Below, in pieces: positions 22,668 to 34,033 of a stretch of 36,206 nt of DNA. The notes beneath the pieces are model-generated. The model saw only the letters and a program-made list of their open reading frames with translations. It made no database searches and was not told where the DNA came from. The DNA comes from Octopus bimaculoides (Eukaryota). How positions within the stretch are numbered: position 1 is the first letter of the stretch; each line of letters starts with the position of its first letter. The stretch is taken from assembly GCF_001194135.2 (NCBI RefSeq), contig NC_068989.1, positions 91,085,786 through 91,121,991 of the forward strand, written 5' to 3'. Both the position numbers and the translations under genes were made by a program.

Positions 22668-23093
22668 TACATAGAAGTATATATGTACACATACATACAT
22701 ACATACATATATATATATATGTATNNNNNNNNNNNNNNNNNNNNNNNNNNNNNNNNNNNNNNNNNNNNNNNNNNNNNNNNNNNNNNNNNNNNNNNNNNNN
22801 NNNNNNNNNNNNNNNNNNNNNNNNNNNNNNNNNNNNNNNNNNNNNNNNNNNNNNNNNNNNNNNNNNNNNNNNNNNNNNNNNNNNNNNNNNNNNNNNNNNN
22901 NNNNNNNNNNNNNNNNNNNNNNNNNNNNNNNNNNNNNNNNNNNNNNNNNNNNNNNNNNNNNNNNNNNNNNNNNNNNNNNNNNNNNNNNNNNNNNNNNNNN
23001 NNNNNNNNNNNNNNNNNNNNNNNNNNNNNNNNNNNNNNNNNNNNNNNNNNNNNNNNNNNNNNNNNNNNNNNNNNNNNNNNNNNNNNNNNNNNN

Positions 23094-23140
<47 letters not shown>

Positions 23141-23619
23141 TGAGAGGTGTGAAATATATATAAATTGACACACACACACACAAACACACACATACATAAG
23201 CGTATATATTCACACACATAATGTGTGTGAATGTGCTACAAATAATCATACAATTATTCATTTTTCAAATTCATCTAATCTACCAAAAGTTGGCATATCG
23301 CAATCTCTGTGAATGTAATCACATGCTATATGAAATATATTCTATAATGATATCCTACAATAAATATTACGACCTTTAAAATGTGCCATAAAATTCTATA
23401 TCCTGAAATATCCATTTACACTAGTACTTAATATCATTGAACGTATACACACTGTAATATATTTGCGAATCCTCGCACGCCTTCCTTGCCATCTCTATTA
23501 ATGGATGTCTGCTGAAAAGCTAACACAAAATTAAATCTATGCTATAGTATAAATACAGAACGTGGAATTGTAGAAAGCAAGTTGATATATTATTGCACTA
23601 TCTTGTATTCGAGTTAGCT

Positions 23620-24235
23620 GGTGAGCTGGCAGAATCGTTAGCACACCGGGCAAAATGCTTAGCGGCGTTTCGTTCGTCTTTACGCTCTGAGTTCGAATTA
23701 CGCCGAGGTCGACTTTGCCTTTCATCCTTTTGGGGTCGATTAAATAAGTACTAGTTACGCACTGGGTTCCATATAGTCAACTTAATCCCTTTGTCTGCCC
23801 TTGTTTGTCCCCTCTATGTTTAGCCCCTTGTGGGCAATAAAGAAATAAGAATCGTTAGTACATCGGGTAAAAATTCCGCCGAGGTCGACTTTGCCTTTCA
23901 TCCTTTCGGGGTCGATAAAATAAATAGCAGTTGAACACTGGAATCGATGTTATCGTCTTACCCTACCTTCAAAATTGGCATTGTGCCAACATTTAAAACC
24001 AATCTCTGAGATTCAAGTGAGGCAGCGAAATGGCAGAATCGTCATCAGGCTGGGGAAAATATCTAGCGGCGTTTCGTCCGTCTTTACGTTGCGAATTAAT
24101 ATTCAACCGAGATCGATTTTGCCTTTCTTACTTACGGGTTCAATAAAATAAGTACCAGTTGAGTATTGGGGTCGATGTAATTACTTACCGCTTCCCCCGA
24201 ATTTCAGGTCTTGTGCATATAGTAGAAAAGATTAT
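23620..24235 (+). mobile_element. Three head-to-tail copies of SINE type B (23620-23851, 23851-24002, 24019-24235)
   Basis: Each carries CCGAGGTCGACTTTGCCTTTCATCCTTTCGGGGTCGAT(T/A)AAATAAGTAC or a diverged form; copies 1 and 3 have the head GAGCTGGCAGAATCGTTAGC or a variant. Confidence 0.85.
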
Positions 24236-24417
24236 CTTGTAGTCAAGTTGGTCTTTCGGATTTGTCTTTTCCTGTCGGTGGAACCGGACTGAACTTCATC
24301 AAACTGTCGACAGCTACAATATATACTTGCTGTTGTTTAGCAGCCCAGGTCAGCCATGATGGAACATATCTGTAATTAAAACATCTGCCAGCTGTAACTA
24401 TTGCTTCTTTTTTAAGA

Positions 24418-24720
24418 AGCGAACTGGTTCAGTCGTTAGAATACGGGACGAAACGGCTTATAGTATCTACTTTAGATTTTTGTGTTCTGAGTTTAAATTC
24501 CACCCAGATAAAGTTTTCCTTCCCTCTCTATTTGTTCGTTTATTCGTTCGTTCGTTCCTTTCTTTGTTTGCATCCTTGCTTCCAGAGTAGATATAAACAA
24601 TACCAATCCCGGCGCGGTGGTCTGGCGGAATGTTAGCGCGACCAACAGTTGCCACGACTCAAAGCCTTCTGAGTTCCGCTCACGCGAAGGCCTACTTTAG
24701 AGGCAGACTTAAATCGTCAC
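24418..24720 (+). mobile_element. Two further degenerate type B SINE heads
   Basis: AGCGAACTGGTTCAGTCGTTAG...TTCTGAGTTTAAATTCC (24418-24510) and CTGGCGGAATGTTAGC...TTCTGAGTTCCGC (24620-24680). Confidence 0.45.
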
Positions 24721-24871
24721 ATCATGTAACAACACCACTTGACCCTTGTGTGCCTTAAACAGACCCCTCTCACTTCTCTGCACCGGTCTCCAAGGCTGGG
24801 TTCCTTCCTTCTCTGATTTAAAAAATAAATTTTTCTGGCAGAGGAAAAAGGCATGAAATTTAAACAGGTGG

Positions 24872-25030
24872 GGATTGGTCGATTCTAAGGATCTTATTTC
24901 TTAACTGGAACTTAAATTTATAAACACTGAAAAAATGAAAGGTAGAGTTGACCATGCTGGGATTTGAACTCAGGACCTAAAGCGATTGAACAAGTGTTGC
25001 ATGCATTTCTTATGACCACCTAATGATGCT
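24872..25030 (-). mobile_element. Degenerate SINE type B
   Basis: ATGAAAGGTAGAGTTGACCATGCTGGGATTTGAACTCAG is a diverged reverse complement of the 23690-23730 core. Confidence 0.65.
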
Positions 25031-25074
25031 GCAAACGCAGAGTACCATGTATACCGATCACAGAACGCACAAAC

Positions 25075-25460
25075 ACACACACGCATACACACACATTTTA
25101 TGCATAAATACATACTTAAGCACATACGTATATACGTATACACACACACACACACACACACACACATATGTATGTATGTATGTATGGATGTATGTGTGTG
25201 TGTGTATGTATGTATGTATGTATGTATGTATGTATCTATCTATCTATCTATGATAGGACTTTACACACATAGCTAGCTATGTGTGTATATGTATATGTAT
25301 ATATATCTCACTCGCACTTTCTATCATATATGTGTGTATATGTATATATATATATACTTACACACACACACACACATGCATATATATATACACATATATA
25401 TATATATATACACACACACGCACACACATATATATTTGTACATACCTTGTCTCTTCATAT
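25075..25460. repeat. Compound (CA)n/(TATG)n/(TATC)n/(TA)n microsatellites
   Basis: Directly visible. Confidence 0.9.
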
Positions 25461-26450
25461 ATGTGTAAACACGTTCGTGTGCATCTGTAACAACGTCACA
25501 GAAAAAACGTGAACAAAACAATGACCGCAAAAAAATCCCCGTTATTAATGCTTGTTCATGAAAACCTGATTAATAAATTAGTTGATGTATTAATCTCCAT
25601 ATTTCATTAGTTTTTTTTCTTTGCATTTACACCTTTACAATTCACGTACAATCTTTATTTTGCAAGTTATTAACAAGTAATTGAGTTTTCAAATCCAAAA
25701 ATATTGCTCGTGTCTTAATTACAAAAAGACATGAGAAATACGCACCGTTTACCGTTGAGGACTGCATTAAATTACTCCCCTTGTTTATTCCTTATTGATT
25801 CTTTTAAAACGAAGGTAAATTAATTGTTCCTTCCGACTTTCAAAATAGAACACATGAGTTAAGGAAGCTTTGAATGAAAGCTCTCTCTTGCTAATTTCAG
25901 GAAAATGCTGTTGATGTTGATATTGTTTCTTGCTGTTTTTTGTAATTTTATCGGATATGTAAAGACATCGGTAACGGTCTTCAAATTTCATGTAGGGTCT
26001 TGAGCGAGCAGAACACACACATACGCTCAGACACAGATAGTGAGTAGAGAATGAAAACTGTTTTATATATATGTATATATATANNNNNNNNNNNNNNNNN
26101 NNNNNNNNNNNNNNNNNNNNNNNNNNNNNNNNNNNNNNNNNNNNNNNNNNNNNNNNNNNNNNNNNNNNNNNNNNNNNNNNNNNNNNNNNNNNNNNNNNNN
26201 NNNNNNNNNNNNNNNNNNNNNNNNNNNNNNNNNNNNNNNNNNNNNNNNNNNNNNNNNNNNNNNNNNNNNNNNNNNNNNNNNNNNNNNNNNNNNNNNNNNN
26301 NNNNNNNNNNNNNNNNNNNNNNNNNNNNNNNNNNNNNNNNNNNNNNNNNNNNNNNNNNNNNNNNNNNNNNNNNNNNNNNNNNNNNNNNNNNNNNNNNNNN
26401 NNNNNNNTATATATATATATGCGTGCGTGTGTATGTGTGTGTGTGTGTGT

Positions 26451-26605
26451 GTGTGGCTGTTTGGTAATTAGCTTGCTTACCAACCACACAGTCCTGGGTT
26501 CAGTCCCACTGCGTGGAATCTTGGACAAGTACTTTCTGCTATAGCCTCGGGCCGATCAAAGCCTTGTAAGTGAATTTGGTAGACGGAAACTGAAAGAAAC
26601 CTGTC

Positions 26606-26606
<1 letters not shown>
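26451..26606 (+). mobile_element. SINE type A, 5' half
   Basis: GTGTGGCTGTTTGGTAATTAGCTTGCTTACC...GGGTTCAGTCCCACTGCGTGG...GGTAGACGGAAACTGAAAGAAACCTGTC. Confidence 0.88.
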
Positions 26607-26640
<34 letters not shown>

Positions 26641-26944
26641 CTTTATATTTCTCGGATTCTACTATCCTCCAAATTACCATCCACTACTACTTTAGCACTT
26701 CCACTGATTCTCCATTGGTGAACTTTAACGCCAGTTTCAGCGCACCGCATGCTGTTTCTTCTCCAAACGGATGAGTGACAGTAAAATTTCAAGATGTGAC
26801 TGCCACGACAATTTTTTTTCCAAGTTATCGTATTTCTGACAGCAATATATTTATCAGAAACGTTTTGCCTTCTTTCAGGTGCATAAAGAAAAATTATCAG
26901 GCATTGACAGAGAATATAATTATATACAAAATGTCCACCTCCAC

Positions 26945-26995
26945 ACACATATATATATATACACCCATACATACATACATACATACATACATACA

Positions 26996-27049
<54 letters not shown>

Positions 27050-27270
27050 GCATAATACTGTTGGCATTTTGTAACAAATGTAACTTGCACGTGTTGTCAA
27101 GCGAAAGAAAAATGCGCATCAAGATTTTGTGTGTTGCCAACAGTTGATGTATACGTGTCAATAGCACCGTTTTTCCATGCATACATACATACATACATAC
27201 ATACATGCATACATACATACATGCATACATACATACATACATACATACACACATACATACATGCATACAT
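26945..27270. repeat. (TACA)n/(TA)n microsatellites
   Basis: Directly visible at about 26945-27048 and 27178-27270. Confidence 0.9.
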
Positions 27271-28094
27271 TCACTCGCTCACACATACATTCACACGCAT
27301 TCGCCCCCATTCGCATTCATACACACCACTTATACATACATAGACGAATTTGCGCACCTTAGTTCGGCTGGGTCACCGTTTTTGTTTCTCTTTCACTCAG
27401 CGACTTTCTTCCAGCCATTTCATCATGTTAAACCGTTAATCTCTACACATTTTCTCTCTCTCCATTTTTACCCTCTCAACCCTTTCAGTCGAAAAGCGTA
27501 GACTCGGAACATCGAAGACTTTTGCGCTCTTCCCGCGCGTCACTACATCTGCTTGTTCTCCTCTCAACTGTCTCCATCTTTTGTTCTCTGTACATTTGAA
27601 CCTACACACATACACGCTTACATACATACGTACATACGGCTGTCCCCTCGTGACCTAGGAAGGCCATCACTGACCTTTGCCCATGCAAATGCCAGCTATG
27701 CCCGTGCATGAGAAATAATAAATAAATGAAATAAAATAAAAGTAAAAATAAATATGAAAATAAACTAAAATTTTAATTGTCATTATTATCGATCATTTCT
27801 ATCGATATTTCCTTGCTTGTGTCTTCGCGGCGTGTATACAAACTTATCCAGCTACTCCATCCGTTTTCCTGAGTAATTGACACCAACTGCCTAGAATCCC
27901 AAGCCTCTTACGACTTGGTTGTGAGTTCTTTTTCCTCTCTTTGGTGTTGACAGATTTATTACCATATATATTTAATATCAAACTAGCCTCCCCTAATTAA
28001 CTTTCTCAACCAGCGCCAAAACGAGAGAGTTAATATACTTCATATACTATTTTTGGGAAAAATCCTAAATGTTAAATTTTATTGTAATTCTAAT

Positions 28095-28179
28095 TCGCCT
28101 GAAGAAAACGTTTTGTTCTTTTTTATAATGTAATTGATTTGTTCATGAATGAAAAACACGTCTGAAACAGCTGTAGTGA
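28095..28179 (+). ncRNA. Type I hammerhead ribozyme candidate with intact core and long stem II
   Basis: TCGC / CTGAAGA (28099-28105) / stem II 28106-28121 pairing with 28148-28163 (12 of 16 Watson-Crick) / GAAA (28164-28167) / palindrome ACAGCTGT / GUA cleavage triplet (A28175) / GTGA pairing with TCGC. Confidence 0.65.
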
Positions 28180-28567
28180 CCCCCAACTCATTTTATGTTA
28201 TTATTTATACTACACCACAGTCGGAAACTTCCATGCGTTGGATCTTGAGCCTAAAGTGGACCGTAGACTGCGTGCCGGAGTATATGTGGATGTTAAATTA
28301 GAAGGACAAATCCGTATATACTCTAGCAAGTACGTGAGTCACCATACACACAGCTGATACACGGGTATGCTGTCCTTGACTCTACCTTGGTGCCATTATT
28401 AAAATACATTGACTCTATCGGATCCTAAAAATACACACACACACACACACACATGCATACGCATACACAATCAAGGGTACAAAATAGTACGCAGCATTCC
28501 CTTGATTATAAATTATTAATTTTACCTTTATGCTTATTTTATGCTTTCGAGCCACTTATCTTATTAA

Positions 28568-28568
<1 letters not shown>

Positions 28569-28649
<81 letters not shown>

Positions 28650-28670
28650 AATAATAATAATAATAATAAT
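28569..28670. repeat. (ATT)n immediately followed by (AAT)n
   Basis: Directly visible inverted microsatellite junction at about 28646. Confidence 0.95.
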
Positions 28671-28951
28671 TATAAAGATAATAATTATAATAATGATAAT
28701 AATAACATCTTTATNNNNNNNNNNNNNNNNNNNNNNNNNNNNNNNNNNNNNNNNNNNNNNNNNNNNNNNNNNNNNNNNNNNNNNNNNNNNNNNNNNNNNN
28801 NNNNNNNNNNNNNNNNNNNNNNNNNNNNNNNNNNNNNNNNNNNNNNNNNNNNNNNNNNNNNNNNNNNNNNNNNNNNNNNNNNNNNNNNNNNNNNNNNNNN
28901 NNNNNNNNNNNNNNNNNNNNNNNNNNNNNNNNNNNNNNNNNNNNNNNNNNN

Positions 28952-28992
<41 letters not shown>

Positions 28993-29650
28993 ATATACAT
29001 ATGTATATATATACATACAACACACACACACAGAAATATTTTACTTTATTACTTTATTTCACCAGTAATTCTTTATATGATTATTCTTTTTCCTTCTTTA
29101 TATACATATTTCACCTGTGTCACCCCGTCCCCTTTAAGTGTACAAACATTCGAGACTTCAAAATGTGTTTAACCTTTCAGTTTATCTCTCTCATCCACAT
29201 ACGTATATCCACCTGTCTTTCTTCCTTTCCGTTTATACTTCGTTGTTCTCTCACCGATCACTAAGCTATTCCAGACATGCTTCTCTCAGTTGATTTATGA
29301 CATTCCGTACCTTGATACACAGCTTTAATAATGTTTTACCGCTTCAACCAGACAACTGTCTGAATCTACAGACAGATTAATGAATCCAACTTCTAAAATG
29401 ATCTTGTCAGGTGATATACTAAAACCATCATCTTAACCATTTTTTATTTGCACTTCTGACGGAAACTCCTCCATCCTGCGTCAACACGAACACATCTCAT
29501 CTCTATATGTATACAGGTGATAGGAGAGTATTGTAGTTCGCTTGAAGCATTGTGTATTGTTTGTAAAGAATAAAATGTTTTGAACGGTACAACAATGCAC
29601 TATAATACAAAAAAATGGACTATATACATGTTGTAATTTAGTTATCTATA

Positions 29651-29690
29651 GTCCGATGATATTTCGGAATACAATTCCTTCTTCAGATAT
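29651..29690 (-). ncRNA. Minimal hammerhead ribozyme candidate in a Penelope-like 3' region
   Basis: Minus: AT CTGAAGA A GGAAT-TGT-ATTCC GAAA TA TC ATCGGAC. Perfect 5-bp stem II with G10.1-C11.1, ATAT palindrome, AUC triplet; stem I only 2 bp. Confidence 0.6.
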
Positions 29691-29976
29691 TCTTAGATGG
29701 AGTCTCTGCTATAATCTGTTTTCCAACGGCTTTTCTTTTTTTCGGAAGCGTCTCAGTAGTGGTCTCACGAAGCTCCTTCCGGAATTCCTCATGAGAAGTG
29801 CGTGAGGTCTGCTATGTTTCAATCTCGTGTGTGTTGGTACATCTGTAGCGCTGCTTCTAAGTTATGTGTTATACGTACAGCTTCTCTTTTTTCCCCTTCT
29901 TTTTTTCCTCTTTTTGTTTTTATAAACAATACATGGGCATGTTATTAAGAATGAACCTACACACATCCAGATGTAG

Positions 29977-30093
29977 CTAAATAATATATTGATTACCAGT
30001 CTCCAGCCTGTTGTTAATTTGGGGTCCTAGTCTGTGTATGAGTAAAGCTTCCTTAATTCTTAAATTACTCAAATTTCTTTCATTGGCCTCAAT
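29977..30093 (-). pseudogene. Penelope-like element GIY-YIG endonuclease C-terminal fragment
   Basis: Minus translation IEANERNLSNLRIKEALLIHRLGPQINNRLETGNQYII* matches the xLxIKEALxIxxxxPxLN helix that ends PLE GIY-YIG domains. Stops lie upstream, and a SINE begins at 30168. Confidence 0.75.
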
Positions 30094-30167
30094 TCATTCC
30101 AGTTGTTCTCAGATTAATTTATTTATAAAGGTCACAATAAAATGACGATGAGTTTTCATTTTATAAT

Positions 30168-30441
30168 CAACTGGCACTCCGGCGATTACGACGACGGGAG
30201 TTCCAGTTGATCCGACCAACGGAACAACCTTCTCGTGAAATTAACGTGTAAGTAACTGAGCACATCAGAAACATGCGTACCCTCAACATACTTCTCGGTG
30301 AGATTCAGTGTAACAGAGACTGTGACGAGGCTGAGGCATTGAATTCTAAGCGTCTTGCTCAAGGACACAATGCTCTGTAAGGCGTTGATTTCATGACCTT
30401 ACGATCGTGAGCCAAATGTTCTAATCACTAAACCACGCGCC
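30168..30441 (-). mobile_element. tRNA-derived SINE (distinct 3' tail type)
   Basis: Reverse complement starts GGCGCGTGGTTTAGTGATTAGAAC (A box), then CACGATCGTAAGGTCATGAAATCAAC and CCTTGAGCAAGACGC; it ends ...GAACTCCCGTCGTCGTAATCGCCGGAGTGCCAGTTG. Confidence 0.75.
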
Positions 30442-30983
30442 TTATATAACCAATCATTCTTCATATTCATGCTTTACAGCTTGTTAAATGATGTATTACT
30501 CATATGTTTTTGAAACAGCTGTAACCGAGAGATAAATGTGACACAAGTAACTACATACATACCGCGTTAGTTTTTATTCCGTAACTGAAGAAAAGTTTCA
30601 GGGTCTTCATTTTGTGTGAAACATACTTTCACGGAAACATCGCGCCATTTTACGAATTCTGGGAACCAGTATCCGCAGAAATGCTGGCCGAGGTAAGCAC
30701 TTTGATTCCCGGACTCTCTTTCATTTACTATGCATACATACACATGCATACATACATACATACATACATGCATACATATAATGTACCTATATACATATAT
30801 ACATATAGATACCTACATGCAAACAAACCTATACACACACACTCACACGCATGTACAGACGCATGCGCACACACTCACCCCCCCACATGTCTCCATCGGT
30901 ATGAACTTATATCAAGAATATCGAAATGAATTCTGCCCTGTCTCCTCTTCCCGCCCCCATTTCCAATTAATTACTCTTCTCTC

Positions 30984-31127
30984 ATCTCCGCTTCTCTTTC
31001 TCTTTCTCTTTCTTCTCTTTCTTCTCTTTCTCTTTCTTCTCTTTCTCTTTCTTCTCTTTCTCTTTCTCTTTCTTCTCAACTATTGCTTTAACTATGTATC
31101 TGTTTGTGATTGTCTGTCTGCCTGGCA

Positions 31128-31150
<23 letters not shown>
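30984..31150. repeat. Pyrimidine-rich (CTTT/CTT)n tract and (CTGT)n
   Basis: Directly visible. Confidence 0.88.
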
Positions 31151-31163
<13 letters not shown>

Positions 31164-31405
31164 TTTCATAGTTTTTTGCCTGTTTCTGACCTCAACAATA
31201 ATTCAGTCAATGCTAAGTGGTTCACCCACTCCCATTTACACAATCATAAATTTAAAACAGAAGAGAATATATTTCGATACATCTTATTTACGTACATAAC
31301 GACAAACAGACAGACAGACAGACAGACCGACACGCACGCACACACATATACTATACAGCAATAATAATACTAATGATATTCGATATGATGATGATGTTAG
31401 TGATG

Positions 31406-31629
31406 ATCATCATCATCGTTTAACGTCCGCTTTCCATGCTAGCATGGGTTGGACGATTTGACTGAGGACTGGTGAAACCGGATGGCAACACCAGGCTCCA
31501 GTCTGATTTGGCAGAGTTTCTACAGCTGGATGCCCTTCCTAACGCCAACCACTCAGAGAGTGTAGTGGGTGCTTTTACGTGTCACCCGCACGAAAACGGC
31601 CACGCTCGAAATGGTGTCTTTTATGTGCC
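31406..31629 (-). mobile_element. Probable 3' end of an RTE-related retroposon with (ATG)n tail
   Basis: (CAT)n then CGTTTAACGTCCGCTTTCCATGCTAGCATGGGTTGGACG...GGATGCCCTTCCTAACGCCAACC, a motif typical of RTE-associated 3' ends in invertebrates (recalled). Runs into a gap. Confidence 0.55.
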
Positions 31630-32484
31630 NNNNNNNNNNNNNNNNNNNNNNNNNNNNNNNNNNNNNNNNNNNNNNNNNNNNNNNNNNNNNNNNNNNNNNN
31701 NNNNNNNNNNNNNNNNNNNNNNNNNNNNNNNNNNNNNNNNNNNNNNNNNNNNNNNNNNNNNNNNNNNNNNNNNNNNNNNNNNNNNNNNNNNNNNNNNNNN
31801 NNNNNNNNNNNNNNNNNNNNNNNNNNNNNNNNNNNNNNNNNNNNNNNNNNNNNNNNNNNNNNNNNNNNNNNNNNNNNNNNNNNNNNNNNNNNNNNNNNNN
31901 NNNNNNNNNNNNNNNNNNNNNNNNNNNNNNNNNNNNNNNNNNNNNNNNNNNNNNNNNNNNNNNNNNNNNNNNNNNNNNNNNNNNNNNNNNNNNNNNNNNN
32001 NNNNNNNNNNNNNNNNNNNNNNNNNNNNNNNNNNNNNNNNNNNNNNNNNNNNNNNNNNNNNNNNNNNNNNNNNNNNNNNNNNNNNNNNNNNNNNNNNNNN
32101 NNNNNNNNNNNNNNNNNNNNNNNNNNNNNNNNNNNNNNNNNNNNNNNNNNNNNNNNNNNNNNNNNNNNNNNNNNNNNNNNNNNNNNNNNNNNNNNNNNNN
32201 NNNNNNNNNNNNNNNNNNNNNNNNNNNNNNNNNNNNNNNNNNNNNNNNNNNNNNNNNNNNNNNNNNNNNNNNNNNNNNNNNNNNNNNNNNNNNNNNNNNN
32301 NNNNNNNNNNNNNNNNNNNNNNNNNNNNNNNNNNNNNNNNNNNNNNNNNNNNNNNNNNNNNNNNNNNNNNNNNNNNNNNNNNNNNNNNNNNNNNNNNNNN
32401 NNNNNNNNNNNNNNNNNNNNNNNNNNNNNNNNNNNNNNNNNNNNNNNNNNNNNNNNNNNNNNNNNNNNNNNNNNNNNNNNNNNN

Positions 32485-32554
32485 CTCCTCCTCCTCCTCC
32501 TTCTCCTCCCCCTCCTCCTCCTCCTTCTCCTCCTTCTCCTCCTCCTCCTCCTAT

Positions 32555-32585
<31 letters not shown>

Positions 32586-32592
32586 ACTACTA

Positions 32593-32676
<84 letters not shown>

Positions 32677-32787
32677 ACGTAACAACCTTCTCCACTACTG
32701 TTAATATTACTACTACTAATGAGGATAATGATGACGATGACGATAACAACAACAACAACAACAATAGTAATAATAATAATAATAATG

Positions 32788-32832
<45 letters not shown>
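32485..32832. repeat. Compound trinucleotide array (CTC)-(CTA)-(CTG)-(CTA)-(CTG)-(CTA)...(AAC)-(AAT)
   Basis: Directly visible. Confidence 0.97.
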
Positions 32833-32835
<3 letters not shown>

Positions 32836-33439
32836 CTTGTTAGGTAAGCACACTAATATAATTAACCCAAGCTCTAAGCGAAATGTTGGATAAATCTTAA
32901 AAGATAATAAAATCTTGAAAATTTCAATTCCAATATATATTAATAAAAAAAAAAGTTGCTTTTATTTGGATTTCGAACACTATCTTTATTCACAAAACCA
33001 CACAATTCATTCTCTATATCTCTTATTCACTGTGATAACCTCACGTCCCTCCATTTCCTGTTCTCGTCTTTAAGCTTCGATTCACTTCTTTGCCACTTCC
33101 CCCAGATAGTCTGACTTACGCTGAGTTTCGCTGTCATGACAATATTATTATAACTGTGATAATTTTAAAAGAAAGAGTAAAAATATTGTTCGCGTCTACA
33201 GCAAGGACAGCAAATCAAAATAATTTCCATTTCATAATTTATAACGTTCGCATTTGTTTCTTAGAAAAGTTTAATATTTATTAAATAAAACATATTTTCA
33301 AGCGAAGCCATTATTTAAGCATTCAACTTTATATCTTTCCATGTTACAAATAAAACTTTCAAACCTATCTATGTCTTAAACTTATTTCCCTATTAAATTA
33401 TTTCGACCATTTTATTTGCAAATGTTTCAAAATTATTCC

Positions 33440-33825
33440 ATATACATATATATGTACGTATCTATGTGCATACATGTATATATGTATGTGTAATATATAT
33501 ATATATGTGTGAGTGTGTGTATGTGTGCGTGAAATGTATAATATATTTGTGTTTATGTATATATTGTATATATGTATATGCATATATGTATGTGTATATT
33601 TATATATGTATATATGTATATGTATATATATGTATATGTATATATGTATATATATATAATTATATATATGTGTATATATATAATAGTATATATGTATGCA
33701 CATATATGTATATATATGTATGTGTATATATGTATATATATGTGTGTGTATATATACATATATACGTTCAAATATATATATATACACATATGTTTACACA
33801 TACATATATATATACATATAAACAT

Positions 33826-33920
<95 letters not shown>

Positions 33921-34000
33921 CATATATATACACATATGTGTATATTTGTATATAACCACAAATATATGTATACATATATATATGTGTGTGTAATATATAA
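33440..34000. repeat. Long degenerate (TA)n/(TATG)n array
   Basis: Directly visible; source of the Y/I-rich pseudo-ORFs. Confidence 0.95.
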
Positions 34001-34033
34001 TATATCCTAAAATTGCAGAAGAATTTGTCGCTG

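Larger units (their letters stand above)
430..32484. other. Assembly gaps (N runs) at about 430-1178, 5617-6289, 8403-8412, 12248-12603, 13542-13551, 14910-15678, 20984-21395, 22725-23093, 26084-26407, 28715-28951, 31630-32484
   Basis: N runs; most are flanked by microsatellites or SINEs, typical of short-read scaffolds. Confidence 0.97.

Noticed and set aside
22568-22724. About 88-bp tandem duplication of a TA-rich unit
   Set aside because: Low-complexity sequence directly beside a gap; likely slippage or an assembly artefact.
24245-24306. Minus-strand TTGATGAA...GAAAGACC, a possible hammerhead
   Set aside because: C3 is mutated, there is no convincing stem II, and there is no clear UH triplet with a palindrome.
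26836-26866. CTGACAG...GAAACGTT, a possible hammerhead
   Set aside because: The core is not CTGANGA and stems I and II do not form.
7476-27691. Scattered ATGCAAAT octamer motifs
   Set aside because: Expected by chance in AT-rich DNA; no promoter context.
383-33993. Long ORFs in the supplied track (e.g. 383..1264, 2239..3081, 14752..15753, 31472..32704, 33466..33993)
   Set aside because: They read through N-runs or simple repeats (poly-X, M, S, I, HT, YI, CV) and have no domain content.
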